DNA of 64,000 bases from the human T2T-CHM13v2.0 reference genome, Homo sapiens: NCBI RefSeq assembly GCF_009914755.1, contig NC_060932.1; one strand, 5' to 3'. The notes below the pieces were generated by a model. That model did not search any database and had not been told where the DNA came from. It was given only the letters and a program-made list of their open reading frames with translations. Shown here in pieces: positions 1 to 19,110 of this stretch (the stretch's first letter is position 1; each line of letters starts with the position of its first letter). A program made the position numbers and the translations under genes.

Positions 1-420
1 GCAAGAGCGAAATCAAAGCAGCGTGGAGGAGAGAGAGGCAGAGAAGGGAGAAAGAACGAGAGAGCCAGACCGAATCTGCCTCCACCAATGGGATCAGCGG
101 CTGCGCAGCGTCAGGTGATAATAAGCAGGCTTGGTCCCTGCTCGCCGGGCTGGTGGGAGGGGGAAAGGGCAGAGGGTCTCCCAGGGAGCTACACAGATGT
201 CCTCAGGGACAGCAACACACGCCGCCTTTCCCCCATTCTTCCAGGACAAGCTGCCCTCAGAAGTCCCTCCAACACACCCCCTACTTGGAAATCTCTGACT
301 TGAATGCAGCCCCCAAACTTTAGGATGCTGGGAGAGGGGTGGAGCTTAGCCAAGGGCTTGGGCCCCAAAGCAAAGACTCTGATTGGGGGAAGGGGAGGGA
401 GGCTGTAGAGGGGAAAGGTC
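1..420 (-). promoter_or_regulatory. PHYHIP: Probable 5' end/promoter region of PHYHIP (minus strand)
   Basis: Known synteny (PHYHIP lies divergently upstream of MIR320A/POLR3D). Non-repetitive GC-rich sequence with CCAAT at 85-89, CTGATTGG (CCAATCAG on minus) at 379-386 and G-tracts at 385-413. No coding exon visible, so the gene assignment is not proven from sequence. Confidence 0.45.
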
Positions 421-864
421 CAGATGGGGGGTGTGAAGCTGGGGTGGCTGTCTTCAGTCCGGAGCCTCTCCTTGGGGCCTTTTGGTGAACTGTGGTTCCA
501 TTTTCTTACCAACTCTAGAGAGAGATGGCAGACCTGCAGCTCAGGGATCCCTGTGGGTCTGGCAAGAACCCTCTGGCAGCTTGGGGGTCCACAGGAAAAG
601 GGGCTGGGAGAGAGGCTGTGGCACAGTGCAGGGTGCACAGGGGTAAGAAAATGGGGGTGGGAGAACACACCAAGCTCTGAGTGTCCTCAGCCCACCCCAC
701 TCTCTGAGCACAAAGGAAGCCGGCCCTGGGCATCTTGGGGAGAGAATGTAATTCTGCTCTCACGGCAGCAGGAGGCTGTTCTGCCATCAAGAAGCAGACT
801 CCGTGGAGGCCATCGGGAAGAACATCCAAGGAAATGTGAGTCCAGCAGCAAGCAGGGACAGAGG

Positions 865-1095
865 GTTGCGCAGTGGTGAAAAGCACAGGCTCACAGTCAG
901 ATGGATGTGCTGAGAATCCCTGCTCTACTGCTACCCAGCTGGGGGACCTTGGACAAGCCACTCAACCTCTCTTCATCTGTCAAGTGGGATCACACAGGTT
1001 TATTGTCATCATGGAATGAAATAATTAGGTAAATCGCCCAGCCCTGGGCCTGGCACATCAGAAGTGCCAGTCACATGTCAGAACTGTTCTTGTTC
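865..1095 (+). mobile_element. MIR SINE
   Basis: MIR core 'gaccttggacaagccactcaacctctc...tcatctgtcaagtggg' and tail 'gcctggcacatcagaagtg'. Confidence 0.75.
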
Positions 1096-1728
1096 CCATC
1101 ATATCGACAGCATCTTCCTGCAAGGAGCCCACAGTCCTCTACGGGAGAGAAGATGGCCATTTAGAGGATGCAATTAGAGAATGAGGAGCACACAACTAAA
1201 TCGTAGGGCACAGATACTCATTCAGAGAAAGAACAATGGGCGGCTCCAGGGCACGTGCAGGGTGCAGGCCAGAGGAGGCTGTGGAAGCAGGAGTGCGGCT
1301 GGGGTGGGGAGGATTGGCACGGGGGCAGCTGACACCAGGCAGGCCCAGGGTGAGGTCTTGGTGAGCAGGAGAAGGTGTGAGCTGAGCCTAAGAAACACTC
1401 ACCAAGAGGGAGTTGAGGCGGCAGGCCTCAGTGCAAAAGTCAGAGGAGGTAACAGCAGCAGAAAGTGAGAGTTCACAGAATGCAAAGACAAGCAGAAGCC
1501 AACCCTGCCTGAAACGGCTGTGAGAACCTCAGTGAGCCTGGCCAGGTCCTGAACTGCCGAATGTGGGGTGGTGCGTGGCACTGAGGCAGGACTAAGCACC
1601 CCCTTGGCCAAGCATGACTACGTCCTGCTCCGACATACCCACGCCGAGCTGGTGAGCTCAGAAGAGATGCAAAACGTAACCTCCTGGTGATGGCCAGCAC
1701 ATGACATCTGGACTACAATTCTGTCCCA

Positions 1729-8980
<7,252 letters not shown>

Positions 8981-9458
8981 AAAAAGCTACTACCTGGTGA
9001 ACTTCAAAGCCCAACAGAATGAAATCAAAGCTATTTCATCCAGTGCTCTAATTAGAAGCTAAGGGCTGCTGCGTGTAGCTCTGTAGGGAACAGGAAAAGG
9101 GTATTGGTTTGGTTTGATTATTGTAAAATCAACATGAAGAAAGAAGTTGAAAAGGATCTGTTTAGAAAACAACATAACAAAATATTAATATATTAGTAAA
9201 TTGGCAAACAAAGTTCTAAATTTTAAAAGCCAATACTCAAAAGGATGTGGCCAAAAAATTATATATTCTCTTTTTTGTTTTTTTGAGACAAGGTCTCCTC
9301 TGTCTCCCAAGCTGGACTGCAGTAGCACAATCAAGGCTCACTGCAGCCTTTGACTCCTGGGCTCAATCGATCCTCTCTCCTCAGCCTCCCAAGTAGCTGG
9401 GACTACAGGTGGGTGCCACCAAGCCCTAAAATTATATATTCTTATATACTACCTCTCT

Positions 9459-9461
<3 letters not shown>

Positions 9462-9492
<31 letters not shown>
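9462..9492. repeat. (TG)n microsatellite
   Basis: About 15 TG units seen directly. Confidence 0.95.
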
Positions 9493-9494
<2 letters not shown>

Positions 9495-9815
9495 ACACAC
9501 ACATTAATTTCGGAGTCAATAAAAGTTGTTTTTTGTTGTTTTTTTTTGAGACGGAATCTTGCTCTGTCTCCCAGGCTGGAGTCTACACTCCAGCGCAATC
9601 TCAGCTATCTGCAACCTCCGCCTCCCGGATTCAAGCTATTCTCCTGCCTCAGCCTCCCAAGTAGCTGGGACTACAGGCACATGCCACCACGCTAGGCTAA
9701 TTTTTGTATTTTTAGTAGAGACGGGTTTTCACCATGTTGGTCAGGCTAGTCTTGAACTCCTGACCTCGTGTTCCGCCCACCTTGGCCTCCCAAAGTGCTG
9801 GGATTACAGGCGTGA

Positions 9816-10147
<332 letters not shown>

Positions 10148-10367
10148 TAAATTCCAACGGTAGAGCAAACTTGGTATTCAGATTCCTTCCAGGTTTGACC
10201 AAAAGTGCACATGAGGGTCACTGCTGTGAGCCCAGGAAGGGTGGGACTGGGCACCGGTTGATCCAATGTGGCTGTTCCAAGGCTGCCCACACAGCCTCAC
10301 CCAGGAGTCCTTCAAAAGCCCACAATGTGTGTGTGTGTATATAGTGTGTGTGTGTATATACGTTTGA

Positions 10368-10670
<303 letters not shown>

Positions 10671-10789
10671 TGATCTGCCCACCTCGGCCTTCCAAAGTGC
10701 TGGCATTACTGGCGTGAGCCACCACGCCCGGCCACACAATCCTTTTTGAAAGCAATTTAGCAATATGAATGAAGAACCATAAAATGTGC

Positions 10790-11415
10790 ATGTACAAAAT
10801 GGTACAGCCCCTGTGGAAAGCAGCTTGGCAGTTTCTTATAAAACTAAGATACAACTACCATATGACCCAATGATTGCACTCATGGGCAATTATCCCAGAG
10901 AAATAAAAATTTACGTTCACACAAAACCTTGTACATGTATTTTCACAGCAGCTTTATCCATAATAACCCCAAACGGAAAACCACCAGATGTCTTTCAAAG
11001 GGTGAATGGTTAAACAAACCATGAATACTCTGCAATAAAATGGAACGAACTATTGATACACACAACTTGGATGATCTGCGGGGAACAATGCCGAGTGAAA
11101 AAAGCAATCCCAAGAAGTCACATACTGTATGATTCCATTTATGTAACACTTTTGAAATAACAAAATGGCAGAAATGGAGAACAGATTAGTGGTGGGAGGA
11201 GGTGGGGGGAGGGAGGTGTGGCTATAAAAGGGCAACTAGAGGGATCCTTGTGGTGATGGAAACTTCTTGTATCTTAACTGTACCAATGTCAATATTCTGG
11301 TGGCAAGAGGTTACTACTGGGGGAAAACGAGTAAACAGTACTTGGGATCTCTCTACATTATTTCTTACCACTCTACATGAACCTACAATGTTCTCAAAAT
11401 AAAAAGTTTAATTTA
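10790..11415 (+). mobile_element. L1M (L1MB/L1MC-type) 3' end
   Basis: 'ggtacagcccctgtggaaagcagcttggcagtttc...accatatgacccaatgattgcactc...catactgtatgattccatttat...aataaaaag', typical of an old L1 3' UTR. Confidence 0.8.
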
Positions 11416-12915
11416 AAAAATGTTTTTAGAGATAGGGTCTTGCTGTGTCACCCAGGCTGGAATGCAAGGGCTGGATCATAGCTTACTGAAATCTCCAACT
11501 GCCGAGCCTTTCAAGCGATCCTCCCACCTCCGCCTCCCAAAGCACTGGGATTACAAGCCTAAGCCACCGTGCCTATCGCAAATATTTACTTAAAAAAAAA
11601 TCTTCTTTTGGCCAGTTATCCCAGGACGGGAAATCTATCCCGGGAATATAATCCAAAAGAAAACAAAAACAAAAACAAAATCGAAAAAAAGCAAGTCAAA
11701 TGTACCAGACATTCACTGCAGCATTATTTAAAACAGGGAAAAAAGAAACAATCAGGGAAATACTTAAATCATGATACAGCCACTGGAGAACTACGCAGTC
11801 TTTGATGTCGCAACAGAGAAATGTTATTTGAAAAAGGAGGATACAGGCCAGGCGTGGTGGCTGATGCCTGTAATCCCAGCACATTGGGAGGCCGAAGCGG
11901 GTGGGATCACTTGACCTCAGGAGTTCAAGACCAGCCTGGGCAACATAGTGAAACCCCGTCTCTACGAAAAATACAAAAAAAAAAAAAAAAAAAAAGAAAA
12001 AGAAAAAATTAGCCGGGCGTGGTGGCATGCACTTGTAGTCCCAGCTACTCAGGAGGCTGAGGTGGAAGCATGGCTTGAGCCTGGGAGGCAGAGGTTGCGG
12101 TGTGTTGATCGCACCACTGCACTCCCGTCTGGGCAACAGAGAGAAACCTCGTCTCAAAAAAAAAAAAAAGAAAGAAAAGAAAAGAAAAAGGACACGAAAT
12201 TGTGATACGACAACTCTGTGAAGACTACTAGATACATTACAAAATTTTTAATAGTAGTACTCTACGTGGCATTCTGGTAGAAATGATTTCCTTTCCTCAA
12301 ACTCCCCATAATATTGTTACATGGTTTTTATACGGTCTGGGGGATGGGGGATAACATTAAATGACACCTTTTATGTTAAATCACAAACGCTGGAGTCAAC
12401 AAAAGTTCTTTAAATTCCTCCAGCAGTAGAGCAAACTTGGTATTCCAATTCCCTCCAGGCTTTGACCAAGAGCGCACACGAGGGCCACCGCCTTCGTGAT
12501 CAGAAGCGGGTATGACTGGGCACCGGTTGGTCCACTGCGGCTGTTCCAAGCTGCCCCCACAGCCTCACCCCAGGACTCCACCAGGAGCACAGGGAAGGGG
12601 TCCCCGAAAGTGGGCGAGGTCGCTGCCCGGAGGTAATGACCACTCCAAGGTCACCATGGAGAACCCGCAGACAGGGCTCGGTGTGGCCCAGGACTCCCCG
12701 ACTCTTAAGTCCAGGTCTCACTCTCTGCGCCGCGCCGCGCCCCTCGCCCCATCCCGAGCAGCTACCCCGAAGCTCCCAGGGGCTCCGCCGAGGCGAATCC
12801 TCACATTGCGGCGTGGTGGCCGACAAAACCCGGGACCCTGATCTTGGCGCCTCCACGCCACCGCCCGGAGGCCAAGACCCCCGAGCGCCGCAGCATAGCG
12901 TAGCCCAGACCAGTC

Positions 12916-12997
12916 ACCTCATCCTTTTTCGCCCTCTCAACCCAGCTTTTCCCGACTCCGGGAAGAACCGGGAAGAGAAGGCGGAGGGGAGCGAAGC
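12916..12997 (-). ncRNA. MIR320A: pre-miR-320a hairpin (mature 3p 12929-12950; 5p 12961-12982)
   Basis: Reverse complement of 12929-12950 is AAAAGCUGGGUUGAGAGGGCGA (miR-320a-3p); of 12961-12982 is GCCUUCUCUUCCCGGUUCUUCC (5p). The arms are complementary. Confidence 0.98.
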
Positions 12998-13059
12998 GCC
13001 GCCTGATAAATACTGTGGCCCAGTCCCGCCCCCCTAACGTCACTTCCGCCCCGCGCCAA

Positions 13060-13137
13060 GATGGCGGCGCCCAGGCCCTGCCACGCAGACTTCCGCCCGG
13101 CGCGGAGACCGAAGGCTGGCGGCTGGTCGCGTTGCAG
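13060..13137 (+). other. POLR3D: POLR3D exon 1 (5' UTR; start approximate)
   Basis: Donor CAG|GTGAGG at 13137/13138 inside the CpG island, upstream of the acceptor of the ATG exon. Confidence 0.8.
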
Positions 13138-13403
13138 GTGAGGTTGTGACGCGCGGTGTGGAGCCGCGGCCCGGGTGCGTCCCTGTCTGGTTCCTGGGCG
13201 GGGTTCCTGGAGAGGGCGTGTCGCGAGCCAAAGGCTCTCACCTGGGTGGTCCCGGGAGTCTCGCCACGTGGGAGGGGAGGAGCTGAGAGGCCACTGGAGG
13301 GACGCACCGACTGGGGGACCGGAAAGCAAGGGGGTGGGGTTCCGCCAGGGTCCGCGTGTCAGTCCCCTCTGGTGATCTCGTCGCCCCTTCTCTCCCAGGC
13401 AAC

Positions 13404-13568
13404 ATGTCGGAAGGAAACGCCGCCGGCGAGCCCAGCACGCCGGGAGGGCCCCGACCTCTCCTGACTGGGGCCCGGGGGCTCATCGGGCGGCGGCCGGCGC
13501 CTCCCCTCACCCCCGGCCGCCTTCCCTCCATCCGTTCCAGGGACCTCACCCTCGGGGGAGTCAAGAAG
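13404..13568 (+). CDS. POLR3D: POLR3D exon 2 coding part (exon starts 13399); RNA polymerase III subunit RPC4, MSEGNAAGEP...GGVKK
   Basis: Acceptor ctcccag|GCAACATG; 55 codons; donor AAG|GTACCC. Confidence 0.97.
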
Positions 13569-13967
13569 GTACCCAACGGCGCGTTTCTAAAGAAACTCAA
13601 CTACCTTGAATTCCAAGCCCCAGGATTCAACTAATGTTTGTGTAGGACCTACTGTGTGTCAGGACTGTCGTTGGGCCTCTCAAGCCTACCCCTCTTTAAA
13701 TTCTAGGGAGTCTGTCCTACCTTCAAATCTAGGTACTGAGTACAAGATGTTGAAATGACTCCCAGAGGTGGTTGAAGGGCAGAGAATCCTAATAAGTTAA
13801 AGTCGTTCAAAAGCAATTTGAACAGTGTTTATTTACTTTTATTGTGTGTTTGGACATCTTTAAGAAACCCATGAAAGCCAGACAGGCATAAACTTCGCAG
13901 TCTTAGAGGGTTCAGAATTCACCATCTCTGTGTGCAAACTTTTTATCTAGAGTATGATGAATCCTAG

Positions 13968-14697
<730 letters not shown>

Positions 14698-15174
14698 ATA
14701 AAGCAGTTTTTAAAAACCTAACTTTGCCTTGGAAAATTGTGGTGACAGTCCATAGTCACCTGATTGAAAGTGTTGGCAGATCTATGGCCTTCCCTACTTA
14801 GGCCTTGCTGCTAGAGCTGTTCCCCCATGATACTGACTGGTCTCTATAGCAGTTTGAAGAGAAGAGGTGAGACCAGAGAAATTCCTTTGCTTTTAGAAGT
14901 CCCAGAGGATCTTCTTTCAGAGGCAGAACCTAAGGCTGCTGGTTAAAAGTGGGTTTTGGTGCCCCCTTCTATGTGTAACTCCACTGCTACCACACTATGA
15001 CATTCCTCCTTTTCAGGCACATGTGTATCTATAAAACTGACAGCACTGTGGAATGTGCCAACGAGAGCCGTGGTGGCCTTGGTCTGTAGAAGATGCCCTT
15101 TGGGAATTTTTATTTTCCTCTGTACTTTGGGGTCAGAACCTAACACATCAGTGACTCCTGTATTTTGCTTTCAG

Positions 15175-15218
15175 AAAACCTTCACCCCAAATATCATCAG
15201 TCGGAAGATCAAGGAAGA
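15175..15218 (+). CDS. POLR3D: POLR3D exon 3 (KTFTPNIISRKIKE)
   Basis: tttcag| acceptor, GA|GTAAGT donor, 44 nt, phase consistent. Confidence 0.96.
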
Positions 15219-15339
15219 GTAAGTAGCTAGGCCTTCTGAATACTTGCCCCTTATTTACTTGCTCTGAATTTGGGGCTTTGGGGGAAATAACTAGGTTTGT
15301 AGCTCCAAAATTTAAATTTATATCTTTAGTTCTTTTCAC

Positions 15340-15505
15340 TAGTGATTTTCAACCCTGGCTCCTAGGTGATTCTGCAAGCTTTAAAAAATAAATAAATAAA
15401 TAAATAATTACTGGTGTCTAGGGTTCCATCTTTAGAAATTGTGATTTAACTTGCTGGCAGTAGAATGGAGTGATTCTCTTTGTTGCCCGAGTTGAGAGCC
15501 AATAG
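15340..15505. mobile_element. MER5-like hAT-Charlie DNA transposon remnant
   Basis: Ends 'agtgattttcaacc' and 'gttgagagccaatag' resemble MER5 terminal inverted repeats. Confidence 0.5.
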
Positions 15506-15810
15506 TTTAAACAAAGATGTATCACACTTTCCCTGAAGTTCCTTTGCATTTCTGCCTTCCTGCTTTCAGTCCCAATGCAAACAAAAATCTATATTTTTGG
15601 ACAAGAAGGTAAAGTAAAGCAAACTGAAAAAATCCTGCCTCATCAAGGAAGTGAGAAAAGTGCTAGAATTAGGATTGGATTCTGCTTCTCATGGTGTAAA
15701 TATTGGCTCAAACTCTCCACTGTTTTGGAGTGAAGTGGTATGGGAGAGTAAGGCCAGATTTTGGAGACACAGTGAGTGAGTGGTTTCCCTTAATCCATTC
15801 TTTTTTCCAG

Positions 15811-15962
15811 GCCCAAGGAAGAAGTAACTGTCAAGAAGGAGAAGCGTGAAAGGGACAGAGACCGACAACGAGAGGGGCATGGACGAGGGCGAGGCCGTCC
15901 AGAAGTGATCCAGTCTCACTCCATCTTTGAGCAGGGCCCAGCTGAAATGATGAAGAAAAAAG
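15811..15962 (+). CDS. POLR3D: POLR3D exon 4 (PKEEVTVKKE...SHSIFEQGPAEMMKKK)
   Basis: ttttccag| acceptor, AG|GTATAA donor, 152 nt. Confidence 0.96.
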
Positions 15963-16107
15963 GTATAAGGAAGGAATCAGTGAATTTCAGTTCAGACTGC
16001 CCCAGAGAAGGGCGAGAACAGTGGAATTTCCCCACTCCCATTTCCGTTTTCCTTGCTGTTGGGCATCTTCCTTATCGATCCCTAGTGACCTGGGTGATTT
16101 CCCACAG

Positions 16108-16232
16108 GGAACTGGGATAAGACAGTGGATGTGTCAGACATGGGACCTTCTCATATCATCAACATCAAAAAAGAGAAGAGAGAGACAGACGAAGAAACTA
16201 AACAGATCTTGCGTATGCTGGAGAAGGACGAT
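16108..16232 (+). CDS. POLR3D: POLR3D exon 5 (NWDKTVDVSD...LEKDD)
   Basis: cccacag| acceptor, GAT|GTGGGT donor, 125 nt. Confidence 0.95.
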
Positions 16233-16434
16233 GTGGGTACCAGGAGGCTGGGGGAAGGGGTTTCCTTGTGGCTGTAGAACAGGGCTTCTGGGGAGCCAGG
16301 TGAGGGGTAGAAGAGCTTACTGATGTCCTGGAATCCTGGGGAGCAGCGGAATCTTTGGTTAGAAAGGGACTAAAGCAGACTTTGATCCAGGTGCATGTGC
16401 TAGCAGGCTGGATGACCCAGACTCTCTTTGGCAG

Positions 16435-16603
16435 TTCCTCGATGACCCCGGCCTGAGGAACGACACTCGAAATATGCCTGTGCAGCTGCCGCTGGCTCAC
16501 TCAGGATGGCTTTTTAAGGAAGAAAATGACGAACCAGATGTTAAACCTTGGCTGGCTGGCCCCAAGGAAGAGGACATGGAGGTGGACATACCTGCTGTGA
16601 AAG
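16435..16603 (+). CDS. POLR3D: POLR3D exon 6 (FLDDPGLRND...PVQLPL...IPAVK)
   Basis: tttggcag| acceptor, AAG|GTACTC donor, 169 nt. Confidence 0.95.
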
Positions 16604-16997
16604 GTACTCTGTCGGTTAACTTCTCATCTCCAATTCCATGGCTGCTCCCCAGGAATCCCGTGCATCAGGCATCCCTTGCATGTGCCCCTGACTGCTGCTC
16701 GTGAGCAGGTCCTCCCATTCCGGCTGTAAGATACATGAGCTGAACAAAGATGCTCCATTCTCCCTCGCAGAGGGTTCCTGTGTTGACAGGGAGCAGTGGG
16801 CCTAGCCTCAGATGTCCCTTTTTAGATAAGTCATGTGAGACTTGAACGTGTTGTCTCTTGCCCCTCTGTATAACTGGTGCCTCCTTCCCACTCCCTGGCT
16901 GAGTGACAGTGGAGCAGACAGGGGCAAAGGGCTGGTAACAGTGAGCTGGTATGGAGGGTGGTCACTTGATAGCATTCCATGTCTATCACCCGGGCAG

Positions 16998-17263
16998 TGA
17001 AAGAGGAGCCACGAGATGAGGAGGAAGAGGCCAAGATGAAGGCTCCTCCCAAAGCAGCCAGGAAGACTCCAGGCCTCCCGAAGGATGTATCTGTGGCAGA
17101 GCTGCTGAGGGAGCTGAGCCTCACCAAGGAAGAGGAACTGCTGTTTCTGCAGCTGCCAGACACCCTCCCTGGCCAGCCACCCACCCAGGACATCAAGCCT
17201 ATCAAGACAGAGGTGCAGGGCGAGGACGGACAGGTGGTGCTCATCAAGCAGGAGAAAGACCGA
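16998..17263 (+). CDS. POLR3D: POLR3D exon 7 (KEEPRDEEEE...LLFLQLPDTLP...IKQEKDR)
   Basis: RPC4/Rpc53 FLQLP motif; cgggcag| acceptor, CGA|GTACGC donor, 266 nt. Confidence 0.95.
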
Positions 17264-17458
17264 GTACGCTCAGACAGAGGCCTGCGGGAATCAAGTCGGG
17301 GACTGGGACGGGAAGTGGTGACCTGTAGTGGGAAGCAAAGCCGTGTCACCCTGGCTGAAATGGGACAATAATGGGTGGTTATTCTTGACGCCTGCAAGAG
17401 CCATGGGGCTTTGTACCTCCAACCCCAATTGTGTATGTGTTGTGGGGGTGTGTGTTCA

Positions 17459-17736
<278 letters not shown>

Positions 17737-18028
17737 CTATACCCCAACCTTGGCGACAGAGTCAGACCTTGTCTCAAAAAAATAAGAGAACGTAAACCGC
17801 CATGTACCAGAACTCAGCTTCAGCAGTAACTGATATTTTGTCCGTGTATGTATTTGTTTGCTGTGGGTTTTGTATTTTAACCATAGCAGACAGCCCTAGG
17901 AGAAGGCACTCTTTGGGGAGCTCATTTTGACCTTTGCTGTGCCTTTCTCTTGGGGAGTAGAAGGGGGTTCATGAAAGATGGAGGAAAGAGCTCCTAGCCC
18001 AGTGTCCATCCTCTGGTTTTCTCCGCAG

Positions 18029-18181
18029 GAAGCCAAATTGGCAGAGAATGCTTGTACCCTGGCTGACCTGACAGAGGGTCAGGTTGGCAAGCTACTCATC
18101 CGCAAGTCTGGAAGGGTGCAACTCCTCTTGGGCAAGGTGACTCTGGACGTGACCATGGGAACTGCCTGCTCCTTCCTGCAG
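18029..18181 (+). CDS. POLR3D: POLR3D exon 8 (EAKLAENAC...GKLLIRKSGRVQLLLG...CSFLQ)
   Basis: RNA_pol_Rpc4 C-terminal domain motif; ccgcag| acceptor, CAG|GTAAGA donor, 153 nt. Confidence 0.97.
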
Positions 18182-18349
18182 GTAAGAGCCTCCTTAGGGG
18201 CAAGGAGGGACCCTTTCAGGAGTGAAGGAGGATTGAAGAGCCACTGCTAAATAAGGGAGGGGGTTTCTGGGAGTATCATGTCCCCATTCACAGCTCTACA
18301 CGCCGGGCACGTGGTGGTGGTTCTCATCACTGTCTCTGTTAATTGGCAG

Positions 18350-18472
18350 GAGCTGGTGTCCGTGGGCCTTGGAGACAGTAGGACAGGGGAGATGACAGTC
18401 CTGGGACACGTGAAGCACAAACTTGTATGTTCCCCTGATTTTGAATCCCTCTTGGATCACAAACACCGGTAA
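18350..18472 (+). CDS. POLR3D: POLR3D exon 9 coding part (ELVSVGLG...DHKHR*)
   Basis: ttggcag| acceptor, TAA at 18470-18472. Exon lengths sum to 1197 nt = 398 aa plus stop. Confidence 0.97.
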   Translation, partial: ELVSVGLGDSRTGEMTVLGHVKHKLVCSPDFESLLDHKHR

Positions 18473-18879
18473 AATGAGCAGGTGGAGGAGGACGGCGCCT
18501 GTGCCCACGGCTGCTGCCTGCTCCAGACATTTTGTTCTTGAATCTGTGAGACCCAGAAGGGGCCCACTGAGCCCACTCACTCCAGCCTTTGGCAACCATT
18601 GTTCCAGGTCCCCCAGGGCTTCCTCCCACAGCAGCTGTGAATGGCACAGTGACCTTCCTGCAGCGTGGAGATGGCACATCCTTGCTGCTGGGGACTTGGC
18701 CCTGCTATTTATTTTTGTATTTATGTCTTAATCTCTTCCACTGATGCATCCTCCAAGGGTAGATGGGGAGGGTCTGTGTGAAGGGGCCGGCTTCTCTTGG
18801 TGCCTGCTGGGTTGCAGGGGCAGGAAGCGTGTGGACTGCAGCTTCTGCTGGTGCTCCCCCCGTCCTCCTGGAGGCAGTA

Positions 18880-19110
18880 TAGGAGAGAGAGCAAGGATTG
18901 AGTCTGAGACTTAAGCACTCGGTCCCAGCTTGCCAGTTCCTGGTTCTGTGTCCTTGGACAAACTACCTAACCTTTCTGAGCCTCCTATACCTCATCCGAC
19001 ACAAATGGGGATGATACCTACCTCCAGGGTTGGCGTGAGGATTCATGGGCTATTATAGATGAAAACTGCACAAGGCCAGAACCAGCAGGCACTCAATAAA
19101 CGTTCATGTC
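18880..19110 (+). mobile_element. MIR SINE in POLR3D 3' UTR
   Basis: 'tgtgtccttggacaaactacctaacctttctgagcctc...ctcatc...aaatggggatgatacctacctc..cagggttg..gtgaggatt...ggcactcaataaa' follows the MIR core and tail. Confidence 0.8.
19095..19100 (+). terminator. POLR3D: POLR3D proximal poly(A) signal AATAAA
   Basis: First AATAAA I see after the stop codon, followed by a U-rich stretch 'gtcctttttctct'. Confidence 0.75.

Larger units (their letters stand above)
12480..13600. promoter_or_regulatory. CpG island, bidirectional POLR3D/MIR320A promoter
   Basis: High GC and CpG density. GC boxes at 13025-13032 and 13046-13052; overlapping CRE-ETS ACGTCACTTCCGC at 13037-13049; YY1 CAAGATGGCGGC at 13057-13068; second ETS ACTTCCG at 13089-13095. 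Confidence 0.9.

Noticed and set aside
90-215. REST/RE1 site in the PHYHIP promoter
   Set aside because: Only partial half-site resemblance (tcagc..., ggacagca); spacing and sequence do not fit the RE1 consensus.
88-1700. Overlapping 70-160 aa ORFs at the window start
   Set aside because: GC-rich promoter/MIR sequence with no recognisable domain; not PHYHIP coding sequence.
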